NCBI RefSeq assembly: GCF_041005995.1
Contig: NZ_CP163122.1
DNA length: 32,000 nucleotides
From: Escherichia coli
GTDB taxonomy: Bacteria > Pseudomonadota > Gammaproteobacteria > Enterobacterales > Enterobacteriaceae
Reading direction: 5' to 3' (one strand)
Translations under genes and position numbers: made by a program
Part shown: in pieces, positions 1 through 9,640 of the stretch
Layout: the number at the start of each line of letters is the position of its first letter
How positions within the stretch are numbered: position 1 is the first letter of the stretch
The notes under the pieces: model-generated
Seen by the model: the letters and a program-made list of their open reading frames with translations, nothing else
The model's database searches: none
Told to the model about the DNA's origin: nothing

Positions 1-1356
1 TCTGCACTAGGGCCAGTAATCATTGCATGGATTATTGCCGGGATCGGTATTTATTTTATCGCAAACTCCTTTCGCGTACTATCAGATCTGCGCCCGGACC
101 TTCAGGCTGGAGTGTATATGTATGCCCAGGAAGGTTTTGGTTCCTTTATTGGCTTTAACGTCGCCTGGGGCTACTGGCTGATGACCGCATTTGGCAACGT
201 TGCCTTTGCGGTAATTTTAATGGATGCTTTTAATCAGTTTATGCCGGGGGTTTTTACGGATGGTAATAATCTGAACTCCATTATCTGCGGCTCAGTGCTG
301 ATCTGGGGCTATAATTTTCTTGTTCTGTCCGGGACGAAAGTGGCCGGATTTGTTAACACCTTGGGAACCATCGCCAAGCTCGTCCCTCTGATCCTATTCG
401 TATTACTGCTGGGTGTGCTGATCGATTATTCGGACCTGTTTAAAAACTTTTGGGGAGAATCACCCGCGATCCTCAGTGGCAACGGAAATGACGCCGCACC
501 AGTATCGCTGCTGTCTCAGATTCTGGCACCGATGACCGTAACGCTCTGGGCCTTTATTGGCGTCGAGGGAGCGGTTGTTCTATCCGGACGTGCCAAAAAT
601 AAACAGGACGTAGGGAAAGCCACACTGATCGGCTTTCTGCTGGCGCTAATTATTTATATGTTAATGTCCATTCTGCCGTTCGGTGTAATGCCTCAGGCAG
701 AACTAGCGCAGGTCAGTAACCCCTCTACCGCAGGCGTGCTCGCCCACGTTGTCGGTCAGTGGGGCGACTGGCTGATGAGCGCGGGGCTGATTATTTCTGT
801 TCTGGCCGGCTGGCTTGCCTGGACCATGCTATGCGCTGAAATACCGATGGTAGCAGGACAGAAAGGCGCTTTCCCGCGCGCGTTTGCCCGAACGAACAGT
901 AAACAGGCGGCCAATGTGTCACTGTGGGTTAGTAGCTTTGTGATGCAGGCGGCCATGTTACTTGTTTATTTTTCAAATAATGCTTGGACCACCATGTATA
1001 ATATCAGTGCGCTGATGGTTGTTCCGGCCTATATTACCACCACGCTGTATCTGACCAGTATTTGCAGAAACGGAAAATATGATCAGTATGCAAAAAAAGG
1101 CCGCAGGCTGGCTTTGTCCAGCGGTGTTTTAGGCTCGCTATTCTGTCTGTTTATTCTTTACGCCAGCCAGATTGAGTATGTTGCATTAATTCCTATCCTG
1201 TTGACCTGTGGTCTGCCGGTCTTTATCTGGTCAAGAAAAGAAAAAAATGATGGTCAGCCGATATTTACCAAAAAAGAGCTGATTTATCTGATTATGCTGT
1301 TGCTGTGCGATATTATCGTCGTTGCCCTGTTTATTGGTGGATATTTAAAGGTATAA
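1..1356 (+). CDS. Basic amino acid (arginine/ornithine-type) antiporter, APA family, 5' end outside window
   Basis: Long multi-TM ORF (414 aa from the first internal start), with APA-family features such as FIGVEGAVVLSGRAKNKQDVGKATL and AEIPMVAGQKGAFPRAFAR, similar to YdgI/ArcD proteins. The frame probably continues upstream past the listed start. Confidence 0.85.
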   Translation, partial: SALGPVIIAWIIAGIGIYFIANSFRVLSDLRPDLQAGVYMYAQEGFGSFIGFNVAWGYWLMTAFGNVAFAVILMDAFNQFMPGVFTDGNNLNSIICGSVLIWGYNFLVLSGTKVAGFVNTLGTIAKLVPLILFVLLLGVLIDYSDLFKNFWGESPAILSGNGNDAAPVSLLSQILAPMTVTLWAFIGVEGAVVLSGRAKNKQDVGKATLIGFLLALIIYMLMSILPFGVMPQAELAQVSNPSTAGVLAHVVGQWGDWLMSAGLIISVLAGWLAWTMLCAEIPMVAGQKGAFPRAFARTNSKQAANVSLWVSSFVMQAAMLLVYFSNNAWTTMYNISALMVVPAYITTTLYLTSICRNGKYDQYAKKGRRLALSSGVLGSLFCLFILYASQIEYVALIPILLTCGLPVFIWSRKEKNDGQPIFTKKELIYLIMLLLCDIIVVALFIGGYLKV

Positions 1357-1498
1357 GTCCGAGTTAAATCTTTACTGGGCTAGCAATGCCGCCTTTTAAA
1401 CAAGAAGGGCGGCAATCTTACTGAAATTAGTATGCTGCAAATCGGTAATGCTGCCAACTTACTGATTTAGTGTATGATGGTGATTTTAAGGTGCTTGC

Positions 1499-1774
1499 GT
1501 GGCTTCCATTTCCATCAGATGTCCTTCCTGCTCCGCTACTGAAGGCGTGGTGCGTAACGGCAAAAGCACTGCCGGACATCAGCGCTATCTCTGCTCTCAT
1601 TGCCGTAAAACATGGCAACTACAGTTCACTTACACCGCCTCTCAGCCCGGTAAGCACCAGAAAATCATTGATATGGCAATGAATGGCGTCGGATGTCGCG
1701 CCAGTGCACGCATTATGGGCGTTGGCCTCAACACGGTTTTACGTCACTTAAAAAACTCAGGCCGCAGTCGGTAA
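1499..1774 (+). CDS. insA: IS1 InsA
   Basis: 91 aa, [47 protein letters not shown]. Confidence 0.95.
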   Translation: MASISIRCPSCSATEGVVRNGKSTAGHQRYLCSHCRKTWQLQFTYTASQPGKHQKIIDMAMNGVGCRASARIMGVGLNTVLRHLKNSGRSR

Positions 1775-2188
1775 CCTCGCGCATACAGCCGGGCAGTGAC
1801 GTCATCGTCTGCGCGGAAATGGACGAACAGTGGGGCTATGTCGGGGCTAAATCGCGCCAGCGCTGGCTGTTTTACGCGTATGACAGGATACGGAGGACGG
1901 TTGTGGCGCACGTCTTCGGTGAACGCACTCTGGCCACACTGGAGCGTCTTCTGAGCCTGCTGTCGGCCTTTGAGGTCGTGGTATGGGACGGATGGCTGGC
2001 CGCTGTATGAATCACGCCTGAAGGGAAAGCTGCACGTTATCAGCAAGCGTTACACTCAGCGCATTGAGCGACATAATCTGAGACAACATCTGGCAAGGCT
2101 GGGACGGAAGTCACTGTCGTTCTCAAAATCGGTGGAGCTGCATGACAAGGTCATCGGGCATTATCTGAACATAAAACACTATCAGTAA
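1693..2188 (+). pseudogene. insB: IS1 InsB, frameshifted by a 2-bp deletion
   Basis: InsB is split into ORFs 1693-2010 and 1970-2188; the intact version is in copy 2. Confidence 0.9.
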
Positions 2189-2388
2189 GTTGGAGTCATT
2201 ACCTAATTTCTATATGGAATAACAATCTATAGTTAAAGCAAGCACCATCATCATTCACACATTACATTTATTAATATAGCTAGAAGTTTCAAATGATTAG
2301 ATATTTAACATTACCCATATTCAATCAAAAAAGATAACGCCCTGCTATTTCAAGTAAAAATTACTAATATTTTCAGATAGTAGTGGCG

Positions 2389-3492
2389 TTAATTTTCTTC
2401 AGTTTTTTTATTTTTTCTTGCAGGAAGTTTAGGCTTATATGCATTAACAAAAAGTTGATATGAATCCTGTAATGATAATCCGGGAAGGGTATCGTTTTTG
2501 GCACTAAATATTGCATAATACTTTTCGTATCGACTTATATCTTTTTCAAACACCCATGTCCATTCAGAATCATATAGTCTTTCCCCTCCTTTTTCCTTAT
2601 TTTTGTTCTCAACTGTACGATTAATTATAAATTTGAAAACGGTATTATTCAAAGTTCTAATAAAATTCTCAACAATAAATGCGATTTGCTCGAGATCATC
2701 ATTATTGAGTATTATCGGTTTTTCTAAGTGCTTCATATGTTCAGCCAATCCTAGTCGGATTGCATTTTTCGAACCCAACTTACCAAATCGATGAACACAA
2801 CAATGCCTTAACTCGCAAACTTTCATGAATTCGCTTGAGCATTTCATCATTTCGATTGGTCGTTGTCCTTTCATTCCAATAATGTCCTTTAATGTTTCAA
2901 AAACATTATAAGGGCTTGCCAATGAAAAGTCCTCAAGTAAAGCTTCTGGTAATAACTCCTTTTTATGGTGTTGTGCCGCTGCATAACTAACGGCCTTATC
3001 AGAAACTATAGACTGTATATATTCATCATGATTAATTAGATTTCTGATAAGAGCTCGCAAATAACTTTCGGCTGCAGACACATAACCTAATAACAACAGA
3101 TGGCTTAATGTGTTTGAAATATCACCAGATCTTAACAAGTGAAGTTGCTTTGTATTAGCTATAAAAAGATCTAACGGGGATTCCTTGCTATCAACAGGTA
3201 ACTCATTAAATTTTTTGTGTGTCTCAAACGAAAAAACTAGAGCTGGATTACTACATAGTTCAAAAAACTCTCTTCCATCTAAGTTATCATGGGTTGCAGT
3301 GACAACTGAGGACGCCACATTATGATGAGTGGTCTCTTCATAATCCTCTTTTGATTCTAGTTCCATTTTCCCGACTCTTTTTAAATTAAACTTTTCAGAT
3401 AAGAAAGACACGATTGACAAGTACATGCCATCAAAATTAAGACAAAAACTCTTCAACATGTAATAACACTTTGTCCATAATTTTATTGGCAA
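2389..3492 (-). CDS. HEPN-like protein, second gene of an IS1-truncated operon
   Basis: 367 aa ORF (the true start may be an internal Met). Contains CELRHCCVHRFGK, matching the R-x4-H HEPN RNase motif. It overlaps the 3' end of the upstream gene. Confidence 0.6.
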   Translation of the reverse strand: MPIKLWTKCYYMLKSFCLNFDGMYLSIVSFLSEKFNLKRVGKMELESKEDYEETTHHNVASSVVTATHDNLDGREFFELCSNPALVFSFETHKKFNELPVDSKESPLDLFIANTKQLHLLRSGDISNTLSHLLLLGYVSAAESYLRALIRNLINHDEYIQSIVSDKAVSYAAAQHHKKELLPEALLEDFSLASPYNVFETLKDIIGMKGQRPIEMMKCSSEFMKVCELRHCCVHRFGKLGSKNAIRLGLAEHMKHLEKPIILNNDDLEQIAFIVENFIRTLNNTVFKFIINRTVENKNKEKGGERLYDSEWTWVFEKDISRYEKYYAIFSAKNDTLPGLSLQDSYQLFVNAYKPKLPARKNKKTEEN

Positions 3493-4498
3493 TTTTGGGT
3501 CCTATTCTGTGAATTTTTCTTAACTCACTCCCAGGGTCTTGTAAAGACAATACATCTCCTATAGTTTTTACTTTTTCCAGCCCAGATAGTTTTTGCATTT
3601 GCCAAGATGTTAGATGTGGTACTTTTGACAGTGGAATAGACATGCACTGATTATAGGCCGACTCATCAATCAATTGATTCCCACAATGATGGCAAAATTT
3701 TTGATTGTCAGTCAATCGCGGAGTCTTGCAGTTATTGCATGGAGGTAAAGTTAGTTTAAGTCTCGCAAGTTGCTCAGCATTGAATAATGATGAAATGTTT
3801 CTTCTGACAGGATGCTTAGCATTCTTTCTTAGTATTTTTTGAATAATCTGAGAAGGAGAAAAACCTCTACTTCCTTCGTTAAACACTCTTTCCTTTATTA
3901 ATAAAGCATAATGAGGTATATATCTTTCATAAGTACGCCCATCACCATGAGAAATATCAGGAAGATTATAAAAAAGCCCTGTTTCAATTAATAGCTTAGT
4001 GAGTCGAGAAAAATAAACATTATCATTTTTCTCTATACCGATTATGACTTGTTTCTCTTCTTTATATTGGGAGTTACTTTCCTTGAGTAATTCGACTACT
4101 TTTAATAAAAGTGATTCACCTAATGAAACAATGTCAAACAATCGAGGTAGCTTATCTTTTAGTGAACTGTATTCGCTGAGTCTAAGCTCAACATACCTTT
4201 CAATTATTTTATTAAATTTTTGCTGAGTTGTCTGACTTAAAGTTGTTTGATAATCTCTTAACATCATCAAAAAAGAACGTGGAATACCAAATGCTGAGAA
4301 TTTAAATAACTCTTTCAAGTCATCCGGAATGCCATCATACCCAGGAAACCTTGCCTGCGCTATAGCATCCATCACTGAGGAATAATTAGGGTGCTGTACC
4401 GAAATCCAAGCATCAATTGTTTCAGCATCATGAGCAACATGAAACCTTGGGCCATATTCGGTTGTTCCAGGATAAACCGATGCCTTTAAAGCTATTTT
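3437..4498 (-). pseudogene. C-terminal portion of an AAA/ORC-Cdc6-like protein with zinc ribbon and helix-hairpin-helix, 5' end removed at IS1
   Basis: Manual translation shows the frame is open upstream of 4375 to the IS1 boundary (...KIALKASVYPGTTEYGPRFHVAHDAETIDAWISVQHPNYSSVMDAIAQ...). The FGIPRSFLMML stretch resembles sensor-2/winged-helix entry. CNNCKTPRLTDNQKFCHHCG is a zinc ribbon and IHRIGPKIANKI an HhH. Confidence 0.55.
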
Positions 4499-4553
4499 GG
4501 TGATGCTGCCAACTTACTGATTTAGTGTATGATGGTGTTTTTGAGGTGCTCCA

Positions 4554-4829
4554 GTGGCTTCTGTTTCTATCAGCTGTCCCTCCTGTTCAGCTACTGACGG
4601 GGTGGTGCGTAACGGCAAAAGCACTGCCGGACATCAGCGCTATCTCTGCTCTCACTGCCGTAAAACATGGCAACTGCAGTTCACTTACACCGCTTCTCAA
4701 CCCGGTACGCACCAGAAAATCATTGATATGGCCATGAATGGCGTTGGATGCCGGGCAACCGCCCGCATTATGGGCGTTGGCCTCAACACGATTTTCCGCC
4801 ATTTAAAAAACTCAGGCCGCAGTCGGTAA
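4554..4829 (+). CDS. insA: IS1 InsA
   Basis: 91 aa, [39 protein letters not shown]. Confidence 0.95.
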   Translation: MASVSISCPSCSATDGVVRNGKSTAGHQRYLCSHCRKTWQLQFTYTASQPGTHQKIIDMAMNGVGCRATARIMGVGLNTIFRHLKNSGRSR

Positions 4830-5251
4830 CCTCGCGCATACAGCCGGGCAGTGACGTCATCGTCTGCGCGGAAATGGACGAACAGTGGGGCTACGTCGGT
4901 GCTAAATCACGTCAGCGCTGGCTGTTTTACGCGTATGACAGGATACGGAGGACAGTTGTGGCGCACGTTTTCGGTGAACGCACTCTGGCCACACTGGAGC
5001 GTCTTCTGAGCCTGCTGTCGGCCTTTGAGGTCGTGGTATGGATGACGGATGGCTGGCCGCTGTATGAATCACGCCTGAAGGGAAAGCTGCACGTTATCAG
5101 CAAGCGTTACACTCAGCGCATTGAGCGACATAATCTGAATCTGAGACAACATCTGGCAAGGCTGGGACGGAAGTCGCTGTCGTTCTCAAAATCGGTGGAG
5201 CTGCATGACAAGGTCATCGGGCATTATCTGAACATAAAACACTATCAGTAA
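4748..5251 (+). CDS. insB: IS1 InsB (transposase, 167 aa)
   Basis: [65 protein letters not shown]. Confidence 0.95.
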   Translation: MPGNRPHYGRWPQHDFPPFKKLRPQSVTSRIQPGSDVIVCAEMDEQWGYVGAKSRQRWLFYAYDRIRRTVVAHVFGERTLATLERLLSLLSAFEVVVWMTDGWPLYESRLKGKLHVISKRYTQRIERHNLNLRQHLARLGRKSLSFSKSVELHDKVIGHYLNIKHYQ

Positions 5252-5266
5252 GTTGGAGTCACTACC

Positions 5267-5887
5267 CGGATCCGCTGGCTGGAGCCCCATGAAGCACAAA
5301 GGCTGATTGATGAATGTCCGGAGCCATTAAAGTCTGTTGTTGAATTTGCACTGGCAACAGGCTTAAGACGCTCGAACATCATCAACCTTGAATGGCAACA
5401 AATAGATATGCAGCGCCGGGTGGCATGGATAAACCCGGAAGAGAGTAAATCAAACCGCGCAATTGGCGTTGCGCTGAATGATACTGCATGTCGCGTATTG
5501 AAAAAACAAATCGGGAATCATCACCGTTGGGTATTTGTGTACAAGGAAAGCTGTACCAAACCAGACGGAACGAAAGCGCCAACAGTCAGGAAGATGCGGT
5601 ATGACGCAAACACAGCCTGGAAAGCGGCGCTGAGACGAGCTGGTATTGATGATTTCAGATTTCATGACTTGAGACACACCTGGGCAAGTTGGCTGGTTCA
5701 AGCCGGTGTCCCGTTGTCAGTGTTACAGGAAATGGGAGGCTGGGAGTCTATCGAAATGGTTCGTCGATATGCTCACCTCGCACCTAATCACCTTACCGAA
5801 CACGCACGGCAAATAGACTCGATCCTGAACCCATCGGTCCCAAATTTGTCCCAGTCAAAAAATAAGGAAGGTACTAATGATGTGTAA
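5267..5887 (+). pseudogene. int: P22-family tyrosine integrase, N-terminal part lost at the IS1 junction
   Basis: The frame is open from the first base after IS1 ([45 protein letters not shown]...). It contains the catalytic [10 protein letters not shown] and the [11 protein letters not shown] tyrosine region, with closely P22 Int-like wording. Confidence 0.9.
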
Positions 5888-5901
5888 CTTATTGATTTTA
5901 A

Positions 5902-5917
5902 TGGTGCGATAATAGGA
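5902..5917 (-). repeat. Degenerate copy of the thrW 3' end (left att of the mobilizable element)
   Basis: TGGTGC-GATAATAGGA, one base short of TGGTGCCGATAATAGGA, the start of the 46-bp copy at 15497-15542. Confidence 0.7.
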
Positions 5918-5976
5918 ACAACACCTATACACTATTTTATTGATTACTAATAAAAACTATCTGTTTCATCTTTGCT

Positions 5977-6000
5977 GATACCCCCAAAGATACCCCCAAT
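5977..6000. repeat. Paired 12-bp-period direct repeats GATACCCCCAAA/GATACCCCCAAT (putative integrase arm sites, left)
   Basis: GATACCCCCAAAGATACCCCCAAT; the same motif pair occurs at 15352-15373 near the integrase start. Confidence 0.55.
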
Positions 6001-6247
6001 GGATTTTTTGTGTTCGTAGTGGGAGATTATTACTTGCCGAGAGCTCCTTTTGAACACGCCGCACAATAGCGGATTTTGTCTAGCAGTGGCGTGCCCAACA
6101 GAAGCATGAGCCTAACACTGGATTGATATTGCTACCATCCGCATTGTCTTAGTGGAGGTAAGAGCAATAGCTACAGGTGAGATACTGTTTTATTGTATGA
6201 GCATGGTATTATAAGACCACAAGAAAAAAACAAGATTGAGGGGCCTG

Positions 6248-8068
6248 ATGAACGCAGGAGAGATTGGAACTGAAGCCGGGCGTATTTTTGAATACAACTT
6301 ACCAAGCCATTGGATTTTCCGAAGTCAAGAGGATCAAAATGATTTTGGTATTGATGGAGAAATTGAACTCAAAGATGGTAGTGGCAAAGCTCTTGGGAAA
6401 GAGAGTGTTTTCAAAGTCCAGATAAAAGGTGAAGAGAATTCTACATACATTAATAATAATACCAAACTATCTTTCACGATCAAGATTGAGCGTCTGAAAT
6501 ACTATTTTGAATTTAAAGTACCCGTTATTTTAGTGGTTGTCGAAGTTTCATCTGAAAAAATACTTTGGCTTCCCATAACAAATAATGAAGATTTACGAAT
6601 TAAAGTAGCATCCTCTAATGAAAATGAAACAATTCAAATTCACATCCCTATTGAAAATACTATAAGCAGAAAGAACATTGCCTTATCGGAGAAGATGTTA
6701 GATGCAGTCACTGATTGTTGGGAATATTTAAATATTAAAGGATTAAAAGATTCAGTTAACAGATACCCCGTTATTAGCCATTCATCACTTAATAAAAAAA
6801 TAGAAGATATAGGTGAAGCATTATACAAAGCATATCATCAACAATTGAATAATCTTTTAACAGATAAAGATTACGATGCTGTTTTTAGACGATCTTCAGA
6901 GATTTGCACTTCAGCTATAGTCCCTGTCAAAGATAGGTTTATTTCCATGTTGTATTACTGGAAAGCATTCCAAATATCTCCATTCACTAAAGTAAGGAGA
7001 GAGATATATGAAGAAAATTTTAAGATATGCCATTATTTAATAAATTTTGCACGTGAGAAAAAAAATCGAACTCATAGATTAATTGCGTTAGGAAAAGCTC
7101 GACGAGCAAAATTCAAGGCTCAGCTTGACCAACTTCATGCGATTCATCACTCAGTAAATAATTTTGAAGGAAACTCTTTAGAGCATTATATTTTCAATAA
7201 TCAGACTCAAGTGTTATATAGGGATTGCTGCTTATCATTAGAGAAAATAATTTATTTATGTAATCGCATGACGAGGGATGAGCAGTATCATATACTCTCA
7301 GAATTTTTTGTAGAGATTTACGCGTCAATATTAATATTCACGGGAGTCCATAAAGCACGCGGTTCTAAGGAAACGATTGAATTTCTAGATGATTGGTATG
7401 AAAAAATGGCATTATTAGTAATGACATACTGTGTAATATCGCAAGATTTAGAAAAAATCGAAAAATTATATCTTCTTACTGCCACTTTACTTAAAGAAAA
7501 TCCTAAAGCGACTCAATCTCATCGAGAGATAATTCTTTCAACCTTTCCCGATTTCGATGAAAATTTAACAAAAATAGAACAACATGTTGCCAGCGCTGAC
7601 GATCATAAAGATTTTTACGATCTAACTATTGAAGAACAAAAAGCATATTTCTTAAGCATGGCAAAAAGCCTCGGAATAGACCCAGATGATCCACAAGGAG
7701 AACACTATGAATTTATTAAAATTGGATTTGCCAATTATGACCCCACAAATATAATGAAAAACTGTGAGCATTTATTTGTCCACTACCGTCCCGGAGGAAT
7801 ATTTGCACAATCATTGAGAATGCACTCTCTCGGCGGGATGCATCTCTTAATCTGCTTAAAACACAGACACGCACAAGGAACAGGAAATTTATTAAGTCAA
7901 TTATATGACAGTACTGGCAGTTATGATTTTGGTAATAGTTTCAAACAATCAAATTGTGATAAATGCACGGATTGTAAACCCAGAGAGGATGGCTGGTCAT
8001 GGAGTCTCAAATGGTATTCAAAAGAAGTCGAACGTCATAAAGATCTTCTTAAGAAGTATAGATTTTAA
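6248..8068 (+). CDS. DUF4365-type (PD-(D/E)xK-like) N-terminal domain protein, about 600 aa
   Basis: NAGEIGTEAGRIFEYNLPSHWIFRSQEDQNDFGIDGEIEL...SVFKVQIKGEE, a DUF4365-like pattern (D...E...QxK), followed by a long helical C-terminal part ending in a Cys-rich stretch (CDKCTDC). Confidence 0.75.
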   Translation: MNAGEIGTEAGRIFEYNLPSHWIFRSQEDQNDFGIDGEIELKDGSGKALGKESVFKVQIKGEENSTYINNNTKLSFTIKIERLKYYFEFKVPVILVVVEVSSEKILWLPITNNEDLRIKVASSNENETIQIHIPIENTISRKNIALSEKMLDAVTDCWEYLNIKGLKDSVNRYPVISHSSLNKKIEDIGEALYKAYHQQLNNLLTDKDYDAVFRRSSEICTSAIVPVKDRFISMLYYWKAFQISPFTKVRREIYEENFKICHYLINFAREKKNRTHRLIALGKARRAKFKAQLDQLHAIHHSVNNFEGNSLEHYIFNNQTQVLYRDCCLSLEKIIYLCNRMTRDEQYHILSEFFVEIYASILIFTGVHKARGSKETIEFLDDWYEKMALLVMTYCVISQDLEKIEKLYLLTATLLKENPKATQSHREIILSTFPDFDENLTKIEQHVASADDHKDFYDLTIEEQKAYFLSMAKSLGIDPDDPQGEHYEFIKIGFANYDPTNIMKNCEHLFVHYRPGGIFAQSLRMHSLGGMHLLICLKHRHAQGTGNLLSQLYDSTGSYDFGNSFKQSNCDKCTDCKPREDGWSWSLKWYSKEVERHKDLLKKYRF

Positions 8069-8172
8069 TTACCTACCGATGTTTATATTTCAGATTAAGT
8101 GGCTGTCTGACATAGGCCACTTAAAATCCATCTTCCTACTTTAATACTCATAAAAACCAAATAACATCTCTT

Positions 8173-9639
8173 TTATCTTGGCTTAAAAACTTGGCACTCA
8201 ATAATCTGTTCATCTTCTTGTTGTGATGATTTTGATATCTCAATTTTCATTCTTGATTTTAACTTCGATTTAAATCTAATTTCATTCTCAGCTAAATAAG
8301 CTGGCTTTTTCTTTATTTCCTCATGAATAGTTTTCTCTTTGTTCTTTGGCTGAATAATTGGTTTTTTAATACCTAAACGATCTCTTATTTCTTCGATCTT
8401 AGTTGCTCTACTATTGATTTTGACACGGCTTTTGAGTCTAAATTTATTTGTGGCTGCGTTGGCTGTTTCTGCATGATCAAGTATCCTACTGATAGAACTG
8501 CCGCTAAATGTATTGCTCCCACGATTAAAGCTACTTTTAGTATAAGTTTTGATTGATTCTTTATTGTATTGTTTTTTAACTCTGTTGAATATTTGTGCAG
8601 CTTTTTGTGTTGTTCTTCTAACTTTTGGGCCTGTTGGTCTATTATATTTTTCGCTGAGTTTAAAGCGGTTGTTGTTGCCTCTAATGAGTTGTTCACTCTT
8701 GTTAGTGTCTGTTGTGTCTGGTTTAAAGCTGTGCTGACTGACTCCGATAATATCATCATCGTTTCTGATAATGGTTCTATCGTCATTGATATTTGGTTCA
8801 ACAAATGATCGTCTAATACTATTTTCGTCATATGTTTTTCTTGCTGCGAATCTTCTAATGAGTTCATCATCTCTATTTTTGTCATATTTCACCTTGTTTT
8901 TTATAGTGTTCCAACTGTATTTTTTACCTAACTGCGAACCTTTGAAGGCCACATCTCCCACACTGAAAGAACAACCCGCCACGTTGCCAGTGCTGGCAAC
9001 ATTGAACCAAGGTTCAATGCCTACGGCCTGCACTCTGTCAATAAACGTCTGCAGATCTGGTTTACCCAACATAGCCGCCTGTAATGCGTTCTGTAGAACG
9101 ATACGAGCTGGTTTCTCACCTTTGCGTAGGGCTTGCTCTATCTCTGCTTTGGTTGGTGCTGATACCTCTGATTTTTGCCCTTGTAAGCCTTTAGTAATGG
9201 TTAAGCCGTGTTTTACTTCTAAACGTTCACAAGCTGCTATTGTATTAAATGCTGAGTGTTGACCAAGCCATACCGAACCATCCAGCCCAACCCTATTTGC
9301 TACAATATGAATATGGTCTTTATCTGTATCTTTATGACGCACACAAATATATTGATGTTTTTCTATATCGATATTCATTTCCTTCAAATAGTCTTTTGCT
9401 ATTTCTTGCCATTGTTCATCTGTGAGCTTCTCAATTTTTGGAAGAGATAAAAACGCATGAAAAGTTGGTTTTTTTATATCAGGTCTAAAACCGCATACAG
9501 TTTTAAACTCATCAGTAAGATCGCTAACATTATTTTTATCTGCTGACATATTGCTACAAATAAAGGTGTGATCATCTTTTAATATATAACCAACTCTATT
9601 TTTAAATGATCTTCCTGTTTTGGCTACATTCCCTTTCAT
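8173..9639 (-). CDS. Relaxase/mobilization nuclease (MOBP-like)
   Basis: 488 aa with N-terminal region NRVGYILKDD... and metal-binding motif ICVRHKDTDKDHIHIVANRV. Confidence 0.85.
   Translation of the reverse strand: MKGNVAKTGRSFKNRVGYILKDDHTFICSNMSADKNNVSDLTDEFKTVCGFRPDIKKPTFHAFLSLPKIEKLTDEQWQEIAKDYLKEMNIDIEKHQYICVRHKDTDKDHIHIVANRVGLDGSVWLGQHSAFNTIAACERLEVKHGLTITKGLQGQKSEVSAPTKAEIEQALRKGEKPARIVLQNALQAAMLGKPDLQTFIDRVQAVGIEPWFNVASTGNVAGCSFSVGDVAFKGSQLGKKYSWNTIKNKVKYDKNRDDELIRRFAARKTYDENSIRRSFVEPNINDDRTIIRNDDDIIGVSQHSFKPDTTDTNKSEQLIRGNNNRFKLSEKYNRPTGPKVRRTTQKAAQIFNRVKKQYNKESIKTYTKSSFNRGSNTFSGSSISRILDHAETANAATNKFRLKSRVKINSRATKIEEIRDRLGIKKPIIQPKNKEKTIHEEIKKKPAYLAENEIRFKSKLKSRMKIEISKSSQQEDEQIIECQVFKPR
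8385..8885 (-). CDS. MbeB/MobB-like mobilization protein nested within the relaxase gene in another frame
   Basis: 166 aa, coiled-coil-like (VNNSLEATTTALNSAKNIIDQQAQKLEEQHKKLHKYSTELKNN) followed by a TM helix (LILKVALIVGAIHLAAVLSVGYLIM). The nested arrangement is known from ColE1 mbeA/mbeB. Confidence 0.65.
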   Translation of the reverse strand: MTKIEMMNSLEDSQQEKHMTKIVLDDHLLNQISMTIEPLSETMMILSESVSTALNQTQQTLTRVNNSLEATTTALNSAKNIIDQQAQKLEEQHKKLHKYSTELKNNTIKNQSKLILKVALIVGAIHLAAVLSVGYLIMQKQPTQPQINLDSKAVSKSIVEQLRSKK

Positions 9640-9640
9640 T

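Larger units (their letters stand above)
1444..2203 (+). mobile_element. IS1 copy 1, degenerate (760 bp)
   Basis: Left end GGTAATGCTGCCAACTTACTGATTTAGTG and right end CATAAAACACTATCAGTAAGTTGGAGTCATTACC. Compared with copy 2 it lacks 2 bp (GTATGG-GACGG vs GTATGGATGACGG) and one 6-bp AATCTG unit. Confidence 0.95.
4499..5266 (+). mobile_element. IS1 copy 2, full length (768 bp)
   Basis: GGTGATGCTGCCAACTTACTG ... AGTTGGAGTCACTACC, exactly 768 bp with intact insA and insB frames. Confidence 0.97.

Noticed and set aside
1444-5266. Composite IS1 transposon carrying the ATPase/HEPN operon
   Set aside because: No target duplication at the outer ends, copy 1 is degenerate, and the upstream gene is truncated exactly at copy 2, which fits deletion better than a functional composite.
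5977-6000. CRISPR-like short repeats
   Set aside because: Only two 12-bp units per end without spacers; better explained as integrase arm sites.
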